DNA of 63,095 nt, filler included, from 8 parts of 8 records of this genome joined end to end with filler, not necessarily neighbours in it; one strand, 5' to 3'. Positions 51,425 to 61,771 are shown, numbered from the whole stretch's first letter. Numbers and translations are program-made. The notes: generated by a model not told the origin, from the letters alone.

Positions 51425-51561
51425 TTCAGTTTTTTATGAAGAAGCTGTTGCTTCACGATATGAATTTTATCGATGAAACGAGCAACACAAAATTTGCCCA
51501 CAGGAAGATGGTAAAAAGCGAGTTCCATGAGTTACCGCTGAAAGTGAACAATTTTGAACGA

Positions 51562-53184
51562 ATGAAAAAAACAATCGTCATATCTTTATTGCTGGTGTTT
51601 GGAACCAGCGCGCTTAAAGCACAAACCGAACGTCGCCTTAACGAAATTGTAGTTGAAGCCGAGGCTCAAACCAGCGCCATTGAAGAACAAAAAAAAGCTG
51701 TTCCAGCTAAAATTGTAATCAGTGCAAAAGACCTGAATAACTTTGGACACCACACTGTTGGCGATGTGCTAAAGCGAATGCCGCGTATTTTTATGCAAGG
51801 TCCACCATCGTTTAATCGAAATATTATGATGGGCGGCTTAGATAAACAATTTCAATGTGTTTTAATTAATGGACAACGACCTGCAGGAGGTGAAGATTAT
51901 CGTGATTTTAAACTCGATAGAATTTCTGCGGATATGGTGGAAGAGATTGAAATAATTTATAATCCACCCGCCGAATGGGGAGCCGATGCATCGATGGGAG
52001 TGGTGAACATTAAACTAAAAGATGCACCGGAGAAAAGAATATTTGGTGCTAACATTGCGCTTGATAATACTTCTACACGCGATGGTGTAAATCCTGATAT
52101 GTCGTTGACTTACGGCGATAATTTTGGAAAACTTTCGTTTATTGGCAGCTATAGTTATAACCAGTTTAATCGCGAAAATATAACCACTTTAAGCGATAAC
52201 GAAATATCGGGCACTGAGGAAGAAGTGCTAGATGTAAATATTCATGCTTTAACAGGAACTTTAGATTACAAATTCAGTAAAAAAAGTAAGTTGAAGTTCG
52301 AAACTTTCTTTAGCAATTATGCCGAAGACCTTGATTTTATTGCCGATATAAAACGCACTTCGGATGGTACTTTGAGTTTTACTGCTGATACGGCAGTTGA
52401 TAATAAGTTACGCCGTTTGCATTCGCAAAATTTGGAGTTTGAGACCAAAGGCGAAAATTGGATTTGGACAAACTCTGTAAATTTTGCCCAGCATTTTGAT
52501 GAGAAAGACCGTTGGCGAATGACTGCAAAATCATCGGGATTAACCGAGACTTTGGAGGATGAAGACCAGGAGAATACAGAAGCTGTTTATCGCAGCGATT
52601 ACAGGCTGAATCTTGAGAGACAGCAGATAAAAGCCGGAATTAGAGCATCAGGTTTATGGCGCGACTATTCGCGATTTGCATACGAACGATTGGCGGGGCG
52701 TAAATTCTGGGACGATATTACTGATGGTTCGTACGCGCTTGATGAATACCGATTTGGCGCTTATGTAACCGACGAAATTTCTTTTGGTAATTTATTTTTA
52801 GTTCCTTCTCTTCGTATAGACCACGACACCCGTTCTTTCGAAACCGTTGATGAAAGTGGCGATTTTCAATACACTTCAATAAATCCATCGCTGCATGCGA
52901 AATATAGCTTCGAAAAACAATTGTTTGTGAAGGCGGATGTGGCACGACAGCTTTCGCGTCCACCTTTTAATGCGCAGGTGCCAATTGATAAAATCAAACA
53001 TAAAAAGTCCACCATTGAACGTGGAAATGCAGAGCTGAAACCATCGCTGGCTTATAATTTTAGCGGTGGCGTTGAAAAGTATTTTAGCAACAACAGTTAT
53101 ATAGCAGTGCGTGGTTTTTACAGTGTAATGCGCGATGTAATCGAGACAATGAATGTGGGTGTCGACGATAACTATGGTTACCAG
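51562..53184 (+). CDS. TonB-dependent receptor (3' truncated)
   Basis: Signal MKKTIVISLLLVFGTSALKA, TonB-box-like EIVVEA, plug VLINGQR...VEEIEII...GVVNIKLK, barrel strands and GNAELKP. Confidence 0.9.
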
Positions 53185-53284
53185 NNNNNNNNNNNNNNNN
53201 NNNNNNNNNNNNNNNNNNNNNNNNNNNNTTAATTAATTAANNNNNNNNNNNNNNNNNNNNNNNNNNNNNNNNNNNNNNNNNNNN
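53185..53284. other. Artificial contig spacer
   Basis: N44-TTAATTAATTAA-N44. Confidence 0.98.
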
Positions 53285-53621
53285 TCGCCCATTAAAAGTT
53301 TATCAACCACACTATGCGTTGCCAAAACATTCCCAAGCTCAGCTTCTGATAATTTTCCCTCGGCACCGTAGTAATTATAAAGCCCATCTTCCTGTTCAAC
53401 CTTTTCGACAATCATCGGCTGATTATCCTTGTCTACAATGCTATCGCCAGGTTTAAATACCACGCGTTGCAACGGAGCACTTTTTGTAGCATATTGTCGC
53501 ACTACATTCGAGTCAGGAAAAAATATTTTCACCATTCCTTTGCTGGTTTCTGTCACTATACCTATTCCTAGCTCAGGTTCACCTTTGCTGGTATACCTTT
53601 GGTTAGGAAATAATTTTCCAT
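53285..53621 (-). CDS. rapA: RNA polymerase-associated SNF2 ATPase RapA, N-terminal fragment
   Basis: NQRYTSKGEPELGIGIV...FFPDSNVVRQYA.KSAPLQRVVFKPGD resembles the RapA Tudor-like N-terminus. The ATG at 53621 needs one extra base in the run at 53614-53617. Truncated by contig edge. Confidence 0.75.
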
Positions 53622-53725
53622 ATTCTAATTTGAGTTTTTCAAGAAGTTTAATGTTGAAGTAATAAAATTTGTTTGATGCATTTTCTCTTTAAAACTGGTG
53701 TCAGACGTAGATTTAGATTCAGGTA

Positions 53726-53966
53726 TTATTTACTTTTTAATTTACCTGGATTTTGTCTATTATCAAATAGAGTTACTATTCTTATCTCAGATTCATAAAT
53801 TCGATAGTATATGGTTGTTTGTTTTGATAATACGGATTTTCTAAGTCCATTTGATTTGTCTGTTTCTGTAAAAGTGAATGGTCTATCTATTTTCAAGGTA
53901 GTCAATAATATCTTTTAAGTTATTCAATGCCTCATCAGACCAAATGAGTTTATAAGTATTTTTCAT
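53726..53966 (-). pseudogene. RelE/ParE family toxin, inactivated
   Basis: MKNTYKLIWSDEALNNLKDIIDYLENR-TAG(53883-53885), then in another frame PFTFTETDKSNGLRKSVLSKQTTIYYRI..IRIVTLFDNRQNPGKL*. The central helix appears deleted. Confidence 0.8.
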
Positions 53967-54183
53967 AAATCTTACGGGCTGTATCGTGAGAATGCGTCTT
54001 TCCTTCTTCGAAGTCTTTAAGTCCACGGTTTATGGAATCTAATTCTTCTTCTTTAAGAGAATCCCACCAATCTGTCGTATTCGAATAATCTTCTTTGATT
54101 TGCTTTAATTTATTAATCATTGATGTATCACTTAATTTTGATATCCATTCAATCAAATCTAGTTTTTCTGTCTGAATATTCAT
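53950..54183 (-). CDS. Putative antitoxin (Bacteroidota addiction-module type)
   Basis: KLDLIEWI...DWWDSL.EEE..SI.RGL.D...GK. Overlaps the start of the RelE/ParE remnant. Confidence 0.75.
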   Translation of the reverse strand: MNIQTEKLDLIEWISKLSDTSMINKLKQIKEDYSNTTDWWDSLKEEELDSINRGLKDFEEGKTHSHDTARKIYEKYL

Positions 54184-54395
54184 GCATCTTATTTTATGTA
54201 AAAATAAATATAATCAGATAGTATTACTAATCGCATTTCTCATTGATAATATTGAGATGAATACCCATGCCCCATATTTTAAAAATACAAGAGGTGTAAT
54301 GCATTGAGACAGATAAGCTTATTTTTGATAAGTCAATTGAGATATTTAAATTCGGATTTTGAAAGAATAAGGTAGCATATCAAACTATATAACAT

Positions 54396-54914
54396 ATGGA
54401 ACAATTCATTGAAGATAATCCCATACATTTCATTTTTGCCATCATTGCTTTTATAGGATTTATAGTTCTAATAATTGGATTGTATTCCTATATTAAAAGT
54501 GCAAAAACAAGATTTTGGAGAAAGATTACGGGCATAGTGTTGGAGTCGAATATTGAAATAACAAGAAACTCTGATAATAATGCTAGCAAAATGTACAGAC
54601 CCCATATAAAATATAAATATATTGTAGGAGAAGACGAAATTGAAGCAGATAAAATATTTTATGAGGATAAAATCTATTCAAGCATTAAATCAAGATCAAC
54701 AAAAATTTTAGAACAGTACCCGATAGGTAAAACAATTGATATATTTATAAATCCTTATAAAACGGATGAAGCAATTTTAATAAAAGGTATAAGAAAATCA
54801 ACCATAGTTACAATTATAGTTGGCACTGTAGTTCTGATATCTGGTTTGCTGGCATTTGATTATATGGAGGCGTTAATGGATTTTTTGTCTAAGAATTTTG
54901 GAAACATTAATTAA
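54396..54914 (+). CDS. DUF3592-like membrane protein
   Basis: TM helix, W...G.VLES, YRP.IKY.Y.V, YPIG..I.IFINP...EAIL, second TM helix. Confidence 0.75.
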   Translation: MEQFIEDNPIHFIFAIIAFIGFIVLIIGLYSYIKSAKTRFWRKITGIVLESNIEITRNSDNNASKMYRPHIKYKYIVGEDEIEADKIFYEDKIYSSIKSRSTKILEQYPIGKTIDIFINPYKTDEAILIKGIRKSTIVTIIVGTVVLISGLLAFDYMEALMDFLSKNFGNIN

Positions 54915-54920
54915 TGAGTT

Positions 54921-55424
54921 TTGGGCAAAGAGTTTAGTTACACGGTAGAATCTAGAAAAGACATCATTACCAATATCTTTTTGGTTATTATTATGTGTTT
55001 TTCTTTATTTTTTATTGATTCTTCTGAATTTAAATTAGATTTTGGAAACGAGAAAGTAAACAAAGCAATTTCGATATTTATCCTGATATTGTTATATGTA
55101 ATTTGCATATACCGGTTACTTTGGTCTGCAACAGGAAAACTATTTTTAAGTATACAAAATAGCAATTTCTTGGTGCGAAAATATATTGCAGGAATTGCAA
55201 CTACAAAAAATTATGAACTTTCTGAAATAAAAGATATCTCTGTAAAATACAACACAAAAGAGACAAGTAGTTGGGATTTAGGAGGCTATAAAATTTATGA
55301 TAGAAATCCTGTAATAATTGAATTCGCTTATAAAAATAAAAAGATTGTAATTGGTAAAAACTGTCAAAGTTTTGATGGGAAAGGGATTGTGTCGGAGCTA
55401 AAGAAATGTGTTAAAGAATCTTGA
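54921..55424 (+). CDS. Hypothetical membrane protein (2 TM plus soluble domain)
   Basis: 167-aa ORF (TTG start) directly after the DUF3592 gene. Confidence 0.6.
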   Translation: MGKEFSYTVESRKDIITNIFLVIIMCFSLFFIDSSEFKLDFGNEKVNKAISIFILILLYVICIYRLLWSATGKLFLSIQNSNFLVRKYIAGIATTKNYELSEIKDISVKYNTKETSSWDLGGYKIYDRNPVIIEFAYKNKKIVIGKNCQSFDGKGIVSELKKCVKES

Positions 55425-55468
55425 ATTCAAAAAATTCCGGCTTCTTATTGTGATTCAATGTACAATGA

Positions 55469-58423
55469 TTATACACTACTACCATCTTCATTCCATTCAA
55501 AATACTCACCATCAATGTACTCAGAGCGGATGTTTCCATTTTCATACCACGATTTTTCTGTCATTTTTACGAATGTATTATTATCATAATATAGTTCTAG
55601 TTTTTTTTGTCCACTTTTATAAAACTCTATCATCAAGCCATTTCTTTTTCCATCCCGATATTCAATTGTACTTTCTATCTCTCCTGTACTGTACCATGTA
55701 GTATAGGTTCCTTCGAGTTTACCATTAATATAATTTGCTTCACTTTCTATTTGTCCATTATCGTAGTATGTTGTCTGCACTCGGGTATCATTGTTTGCAT
55801 AACTGCTAATGCCATATGAGTAATTGTTAATGGTGACTGTATTATTAAAATCGCCGTAATTAATTTCAGAAAGATTTGCCTCTTCAGCATTGTATGCGTA
55901 ACTTTCAATTACTTCACCATTTCTATTATGAAGCCAGTTTATTATAGCATAACCATCTTCATCTTCAATTAATTGTTCATTTTCATCCTTGTATATTTCA
56001 GCAATTACATTTCTGTTATTATCATATAGCCAGTTAATACTAGCATAACCATGAGAAGTTACCACCGGCTCCTTGAATTTCGACAAATACACAATTCTAG
56101 AAATGTCACCATAATTATTGTAGCTATAAATTTTTATTGCAAATCCTTCTGGACCATTTATTAGGTTATCATCTTTGTCATTATAAATAATACGTTCAAT
56201 CTGATTTCTATCGTTGTATTTATAATGAATTTGTGCAATGCCTGAATATTCCTTTTCAACTAAGTTGCCAGTGGCGTTGTAAATTTTCGTTAATGTTTTG
56301 TTTCTGTTTGAATCGTATTCATGTGTATAATACGATATTTTGTTTTTATTAAAGGTTCTGCGGCCGTTTTCATCATAATATGCTTCAATTGTCTGGTTAT
56401 TATTACCATCATATGACCATTTAATAATTTTTATACCATTTGCATTTTTTATTAGTTGGTTTTTTGAGTCATAATATTGTCTTTCAATTAACTTGTTGTT
56501 TTCATCGTATTTATAAACATCTTTTGCAATGCCAATTGTATCTCCACTTAACATATTATTTGGATTGAAATAAGCTGATTCGATTTTGTTACCTTTTGAA
56601 TCATACTTATAATGAAAACTTGAGATATTGTGCACTGTAGGCACTAATTGGTTAATTGAATCGTAATTTTTTACACTAAGTAAATTTCCATTTTCATCAT
56701 TTTCATATTTTACTATGCAAACACCATTAGAGTCTGGATTAAAATTAAATTCTTTGTCAAGATATGCTTCGCTCAGAAGATTTAGGTCTGTATCAAATTC
56801 ATATTTTATTGTTTTTAAGAAGCTCAGTGAATCCAAAGAATCTTTGTGGAATATCTCTATATGACTAATAACATTTGATTCATGATAATATTGTTTTACA
56901 TGACATTTACCATATGAGTCGTTTAAATAATTGCCATATGCATCAAAATTACTGTATTCAATTATTCTACCTAAACTATCGTATGTGTTTAATGTTTTTC
57001 CAGTTTTATCATCTGAAATTATTAGGTTTTTGTTTAAACCATAATAACTTTCTTCAATGAGGTTCGAATATGTATCATAAGTATAATATGAGATGGCTTT
57101 CTTATCTACTATTACAGGTTTTCCATTTTTATCTTTGAAGCTTTCTCGAATAACATTACCGTTAATATCATAGTGCATGTTTTCAATTGCAATTTTACCT
57201 TTATGAGGTGTGAGGTTTAGATTGCTATCAAAAGTTTGCAACAAAGTAATATTGTTTTGCTCATCATATTGATAAGAAACTTTCGCAACCCCACTTTTAA
57301 GGTTTAACAGATTATTATTATAATCATAATTTATTATTTCACTTACGTTGTCGTTCTTATCGTAGTTAAATTTAACTACACAATATCCTTCCTTATCTAT
57401 TATTTTTTTATTTCTAATATTATAAGGTATACCAATAGACTTTCTGTTCTTATAGTCTAGTTCCCAGATTATTTTATGAATACCTGAAGCGTTTTCATTT
57501 GGATTACCTTCTAAATCGTAATAGCTAGTTATTAGCTTTTTTTTAGAATACATGTGTTTTATTAAATGTACACCCTCATTGTCGGTTGTGTTTTTACTAT
57601 TCTTATTATAGAAAGTAACTTCTGTAACATTGCTTTTTCTATTTATTTTAATCTTAAATACATTAAAGTAAGGATCTCTTGCCGGCTTTTTTCTATCCCA
57701 ATATTCAATTTTAACTGGAACATCATTTCTATAATAAAATTTATAGTGCTGTGTTTTTTGGACAATTGAACTATCAACTGGAAACTTGCCAATTATTTTG
57801 TTTTTACCATCAATATCGATCTCTCTATAGTAAGTGTAGTTTTCTGTTTTCTTATTTTTTGTTACTATCGGAGATGTATAATAAGAATACTCGTTTAATA
57901 AACTATCAATTATATATTCCCAGTCTTTTTGCCTTTCATAAATTAAGCTATGATCTGTATCGTAGTCATATTTATCTTGATAAAAATGTAATTGACTTAT
58001 GTGTTGGTTATAGATTTTTTTAATAGTCTTTTTATTCAGGGAACTTGCTGGTAGATTAGATAAACTTTTTCTAAATTTCCGTGCGATTGCCTCACTTATG
58101 TTAAAGTGATATTGCTCATGTCTTAAACCTAATTTATAATTTTTTTCAATTTCTCGCGCCCAAGAATGGTGAGGATTCATTACTGCACGAACTAGAATTG
58201 AATCCATATTATCATTTAAAACTTCGTATGTAAAATAACTATTTATTGCGGCACCAAACCCTGAAAGAATATTGGGGTAACCTCTGAAGTTTTCCCATTG
58301 AAGTTTGTTGACCCCTTCCCAGTAAATTTTTTCGCGTTTAATAAACATATCATTCTCAATAATACCAAGCAGGCATAAAAGAGAAACACTAATAGAAATA
58401 AGGTATTTTTGAAATTTAGTCAT
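55469..58423 (-). CDS. DUF922-like HExxH peptidase domain fused to about 17 YD-like repeats and MORN-variant repeats
   Basis: N-terminal anchor, LQWENFRG...SW...LRHEQYHFNISE..ARK...Q..YD..T.H, about 32-aa repeats G(I/Y)A...Y.YD..GN..E..Y.D, C-terminal YYDNGQI/WYSTGEI/FYKSGQK/WYENGNI. Confidence 0.75.
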   Translation of the reverse strand: MTKFQKYLISISVSLLCLLGIIENDMFIKREKIYWEGVNKLQWENFRGYPNILSGFGAAINSYFTYEVLNDNMDSILVRAVMNPHHSWAREIEKNYKLGLRHEQYHFNISEAIARKFRKSLSNLPASSLNKKTIKKIYNQHISQLHFYQDKYDYDTDHSLIYERQKDWEYIIDSLLNEYSYYTSPIVTKNKKTENYTYYREIDIDGKNKIIGKFPVDSSIVQKTQHYKFYYRNDVPVKIEYWDRKKPARDPYFNVFKIKINRKSNVTEVTFYNKNSKNTTDNEGVHLIKHMYSKKKLITSYYDLEGNPNENASGIHKIIWELDYKNRKSIGIPYNIRNKKIIDKEGYCVVKFNYDKNDNVSEIINYDYNNNLLNLKSGVAKVSYQYDEQNNITLLQTFDSNLNLTPHKGKIAIENMHYDINGNVIRESFKDKNGKPVIVDKKAISYYTYDTYSNLIEESYYGLNKNLIISDDKTGKTLNTYDSLGRIIEYSNFDAYGNYLNDSYGKCHVKQYYHESNVISHIEIFHKDSLDSLSFLKTIKYEFDTDLNLLSEAYLDKEFNFNPDSNGVCIVKYENDENGNLLSVKNYDSINQLVPTVHNISSFHYKYDSKGNKIESAYFNPNNMLSGDTIGIAKDVYKYDENNKLIERQYYDSKNQLIKNANGIKIIKWSYDGNNNQTIEAYYDENGRRTFNKNKISYYTHEYDSNRNKTLTKIYNATGNLVEKEYSGIAQIHYKYNDRNQIERIIYNDKDDNLINGPEGFAIKIYSYNNYGDISRIVYLSKFKEPVVTSHGYASINWLYDNNRNVIAEIYKDENEQLIEDEDGYAIINWLHNRNGEVIESYAYNAEEANLSEINYGDFNNTVTINNYSYGISSYANNDTRVQTTYYDNGQIESEANYINGKLEGTYTTWYSTGEIESTIEYRDGKRNGLMIEFYKSGQKKLELYYDNNTFVKMTEKSWYENGNIRSEYIDGEYFEWNEDGSSV

Positions 58424-59036
58424 CCGATTTCAAGAATTTTATTCTTAATAGGTTAATAGGCATATATATTAAATAGCTTAAATTACTGGAAAATAGACTA
58501 AGTATGAGTATAAATAAGCTTATATCTAATGCATCGCTTATTGTATGATAACTAAGAAAAATGATTGAATATATAAAACTAAGTATTGATATTGAAATGG
58601 AATATATAATTTTAAATTTAAAATCGTGAAAAAATCTTATCCGTTTTTTAGGTTTATTTTTTATTTGTAGGGAAGTAATAATGAATGCATAAATAATTAA
58701 GATATAATAATAAGAAGAATCAAAATATTCAGCATATGCTATTAATCTTAATAAAAATATAGTCAAAAATGAAAAACCAATTATTAAGTATATATCGTTT
58801 AATTGTAATTTTTCTTTTTCTTTTTTAGGTTTTACTTTTTTCTTCTTTACTTGCTTTATCTTACTTTCTTTTCTAAAATTTTCCAGTGCAGAAATCTGTT
58901 CATCAATAATATAATTCTCACAATTATTTTCAAAAGTGGCTATCTCATTTGTTAAGCTGCAAATTATCCCTTGTTTTGGATTAAATCCCTTATGTTGACA
59001 GATTTTGCAATATTTTAGTTGTTCTTGTCGAGTCAT
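58416..59036 (-). CDS. Membrane protein with N-terminal four-Cys module
   Basis: QLKYCKICQHKGFNPKQGIICSLT....FENNC, Lys-rich linker, 4 TM helices. Stop overlaps the start of the repeat protein. Confidence 0.7.
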   Translation of the reverse strand: MTRQEQLKYCKICQHKGFNPKQGIICSLTNEIATFENNCENYIIDEQISALENFRKESKIKQVKKKKVKPKKEKEKLQLNDIYLIIGFSFLTIFLLRLIAYAEYFDSSYYYILIIYAFIITSLQIKNKPKKRIRFFHDFKFKIIYSISISILSFIYSIIFLSYHTISDALDISLFILILSLFSSNLSYLIYMPINLLRIKFLKSDD

Positions 59037-59254
59037 TAAATGTATAATTGGGTTTTAAAATTTTTAATTTAATATATCAATGTCAATTATATTTATTTAA
59101 AGTCATTTATTCATTTTTACTAGAAAAATATTATTAGGTTATTAATAATTGAATACTTTTCGTTAAGCTTATGATTATATCAGTAATATGAATTGAGATA
59201 TTTATTCTAAATACGAAATTCACATTCTTTAACAATATTTGGAAAAATAATCAT

Positions 59255-60055
59255 CTATTCCTCCACCTCAATACTCCGAACAGCAGCAGTTACTTCATCC
59301 CAATTAATAGCCAATGTATCTGCTGTATAGTCTTCTTCTACTTCAAAAGCAAAAATATTTTTAATCCTTGAGCTAAAATTTGGATGTGAGGCTACCATTT
59401 CAAATTTTTCCAGGGCATTATTATGCGTATCTTCCTTTAATCGCCTAAACAACCGTGCAAGAATCCTTGGCTCCAGATTGGCTTGCATTAATAGATTACA
59501 TGCAAATTCATCTGCCATTTCTTCCTGCTTTCTGTCAAAACTAGAGGATGTTAACGTCTTGGTTATTTCTCCCAATACAAAAGTGTCTCCAGAGGTTAAA
59601 ATTTCAATGCCGAGTTCTTTTACAAGACGGCTTATAATATGCCTTTCTTCAGCATGTCCCAATTCGTGTGCTACCACACCAGCCAATTCATCAGCAGATT
59701 CGCAATAGGTGAGAAGCCCTGTGGTAATAACTATATTTCCACCGGGCAGGGTAAAGGCATTTATCATGGTATTGTCCACTACAACATAATTGTAGTTGTA
59801 GATTGGATTTTCAATAGCATTTTCCAGAATCTTTGAAATACTATCTACTGTATTGTTAATAAAACTGTTTTCGCATTCCTTAAACTGTGGATTACTTAAA
59901 ATAGCTTCCAGGTATTTTTCTCCCAGCTTTTCTTCTGTTTCCTCGTTGATTAATTTGGGATGTTTCGGAAACAAATCAAAATAGGCGATGCCTAACCAAA
60001 TAGCACCACATACGGCTAATAAAAAGATAAGTTCTTTTACTATTTTATTCATCAA
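59255..60055 (-). CDS. M48 family metallopeptidase
   Basis: INAFTLPGG.I..TTGL, ELAGVVAHELGH, QEEMAD, SHP..SSRI. Confidence 0.92.
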   Translation of the reverse strand: MMNKIVKELIFLLAVCGAIWLGIAYFDLFPKHPKLINEETEEKLGEKYLEAILSNPQFKECENSFINNTVDSISKILENAIENPIYNYNYVVVDNTMINAFTLPGGNIVITTGLLTYCESADELAGVVAHELGHAEERHIISRLVKELGIEILTSGDTFVLGEITKTLTSSSFDRKQEEMADEFACNLLMQANLEPRILARLFRRLKEDTHNNALEKFEMVASHPNFSSRIKNIFAFEVEEDYTADTLAINWDEVTAAVRSIEVEE

Positions 60056-60063
60056 TTTGCGTT

Positions 60064-60552
60064 TTACATTATAGGAGCTTTATTAACAGGCTCATTGTTT
60101 TCTACCTCTTCTTCGCGCACTTTGAAAACAACATGGTAGGCCAGCTTACCAAAGAAAACAAAGTAGTAAAACCTTCCTTTGTTGGAACGTACTGCCGCTA
60201 CGATACTAAAGATGAAATATATGATTGCTACAACAGCTGTTAAAACTAAATAACCCCAATAATAATTTGAGAATTCAAAATCCCGGAAAAAATTGCGCAA
60301 TGTCCAAACAAATAGTCCGGTGGTTAATACCGTAACCGGAATTTGTGAATAAAGAGATTGCAGGATATGAAACTGTACAAATCGTCCTTTCGACTTATTG
60401 ACATAATAATAAACAATGGAAGCAATCAGATTAATGATGGGCATGGGTAATCCGAGTGCCGTTGTTGCAAACATCATAAAATAAGCGCCCATGGCATCGT
60501 CGCGTTTGCGTATCTCAATTTCTTCGGGTTGTGGGATAGGATGATAATTCAT
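60064..60552 (-). CDS. DUF4870-like membrane protein
   Basis: PMPIINLIAS, FVQFHILQS, AAVRSNKG..YY. Confidence 0.7.
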   Translation of the reverse strand: MNYHPIPQPEEIEIRKRDDAMGAYFMMFATTALGLPMPIINLIASIVYYYVNKSKGRFVQFHILQSLYSQIPVTVLTTGLFVWTLRNFFRDFEFSNYYWGYLVLTAVVAIIYFIFSIVAAVRSNKGRFYYFVFFGKLAYHVVFKVREEEVENNEPVNKAPIM

Positions 60553-60670
60553 TTGTTATTTAGTTTAATTAATTGTTTTCTATCAAAATTTGATTGAGTA
60601 AAATTATTGTTGGGCTAAAGATAAATTATTTTGGTAATTCTGAGGTTGTGATAAAAAGTAAATTGAAAAT

Positions 60671-60736
60671 ACATCTCGACTCGGATGAACTGATATTGCA
60701 TGTCAGCAAGTTGCAACATCTAGCGAGTCGAGATGT
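60671..60736. other. Long branched inverted repeat downstream of the DUF4389 gene
   Basis: acatctcgactcg ... cgagtcgagatgt (13-bp perfect stem) enclosing gatg/catc and ctgata/tgtcag stems. Confidence 0.6.
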
Positions 60737-60742
60737 GCTATT

Positions 60743-61342
60743 TTATTGCTCGTCTGGCAGCTCTTTTCCTGTAAATGCAGGATATGTGTCTGTCATAAAC
60801 GACATATATAAATTAACCCGGGTACCCCATCTTAGCTGGCCAATAACCCATTCGAACATAGATTGTGGGTATCTTCCGGTAAATAATACCACCCAAAATG
60901 CGATAAATACAAATATATTAACAAGGAATGCCCTGAACATAAGTATAAACATATGTGGGATGATAACATAAAAGGCACCAAAAAATAACCTAACCAATGT
61001 TAATCCACGGCTAACACTCTCTGGATATTCAACCTCCAGGCTGGTATGCTCGTCTGTTCCATTAACACCAAATGCCGGGTATCCATCAGCAATATTGAAG
61101 ATACGTGCATTCACCCTTAAATTCCATCGCAATAAACCCAATTGAAACTCGAAAAAACTTTGCGGGTAACGTCCGGTAAACAAGATTATCCAAAACGTGA
61201 TGAACGATAAGATTGATGACCATAAACTGGCAAACAACAATAAGAAACCATGCGGGATGGCAATGTATGCCCAACCAAAAAACAAGCGCAGCAACAGTTC
61301 TCCACGTGAATAACTCTCTTGATAATTAACTTTGAATTTCAT
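60743..61342 (-). CDS. DUF4389 domain membrane protein (two internal repeats)
   Basis: Duplicated SRG..L.RLFFG..Y..IPH...W..LFTGRYPQS.FE...G.LRW..RVN.....D.YPAF. Confidence 0.85.
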   Translation of the reverse strand: MKFKVNYQESYSRGELLLRLFFGWAYIAIPHGFLLLFASLWSSILSFITFWIILFTGRYPQSFFEFQLGLLRWNLRVNARIFNIADGYPAFGVNGTDEHTSLEVEYPESVSRGLTLVRLFFGAFYVIIPHMFILMFRAFLVNIFVFIAFWVVLFTGRYPQSMFEWVIGQLRWGTRVNLYMSFMTDTYPAFTGKELPDEQ

Positions 61343-61771
61343 GTTGATAAAGTTTTAATTATAAATAGGAAAATTTAATGTGTATTCGTATTGTGTGAAA
61401 AGAATTATGTTCGAGAATAATTTCATATAACAACATTATGTAGCCTGAATTTACTTATTTAATTTATGAATTTTTTATGACATATTTCCATGTAATAATC
61501 TATTGGCTGTGTAAAATCCATTATCCGCAACATAATATTTAATATACTTAACTGGTTTATTCTCCATACCCGAAATACCTATACGGAGTTAGTATTGTTT
61601 TGTTAAGATTTAGAAGGTAAATTTTAAATCATTTTTTAAACCACTTGGTATTGCCTATATAGAATTTCATCCAACAAAACCATCGTTTCATGTAAATACT
61701 AACAAACTCAACTTTTATATAACACTATTCAAAAAACAACTGCGTTTTTGTTTATATTTAGTTATTAAACC

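Noticed and set aside
6007-53284. Seven recurring TTAATTAATTAA units flanked by N runs, as a possible repeat array or CRISPR
   Set aside because: Identical 100-nt artificial linkers with six-frame stops. Gene neighbourhoods across them are meaningless and ORFs extending into X runs are artefacts.
55469-58423. Classical Rhs polymorphic toxin
   Set aside because: No Rhs core terminus (PxxxxDPxG), no C-terminal toxin domain or immunity gene, and no secretion-system genes nearby.
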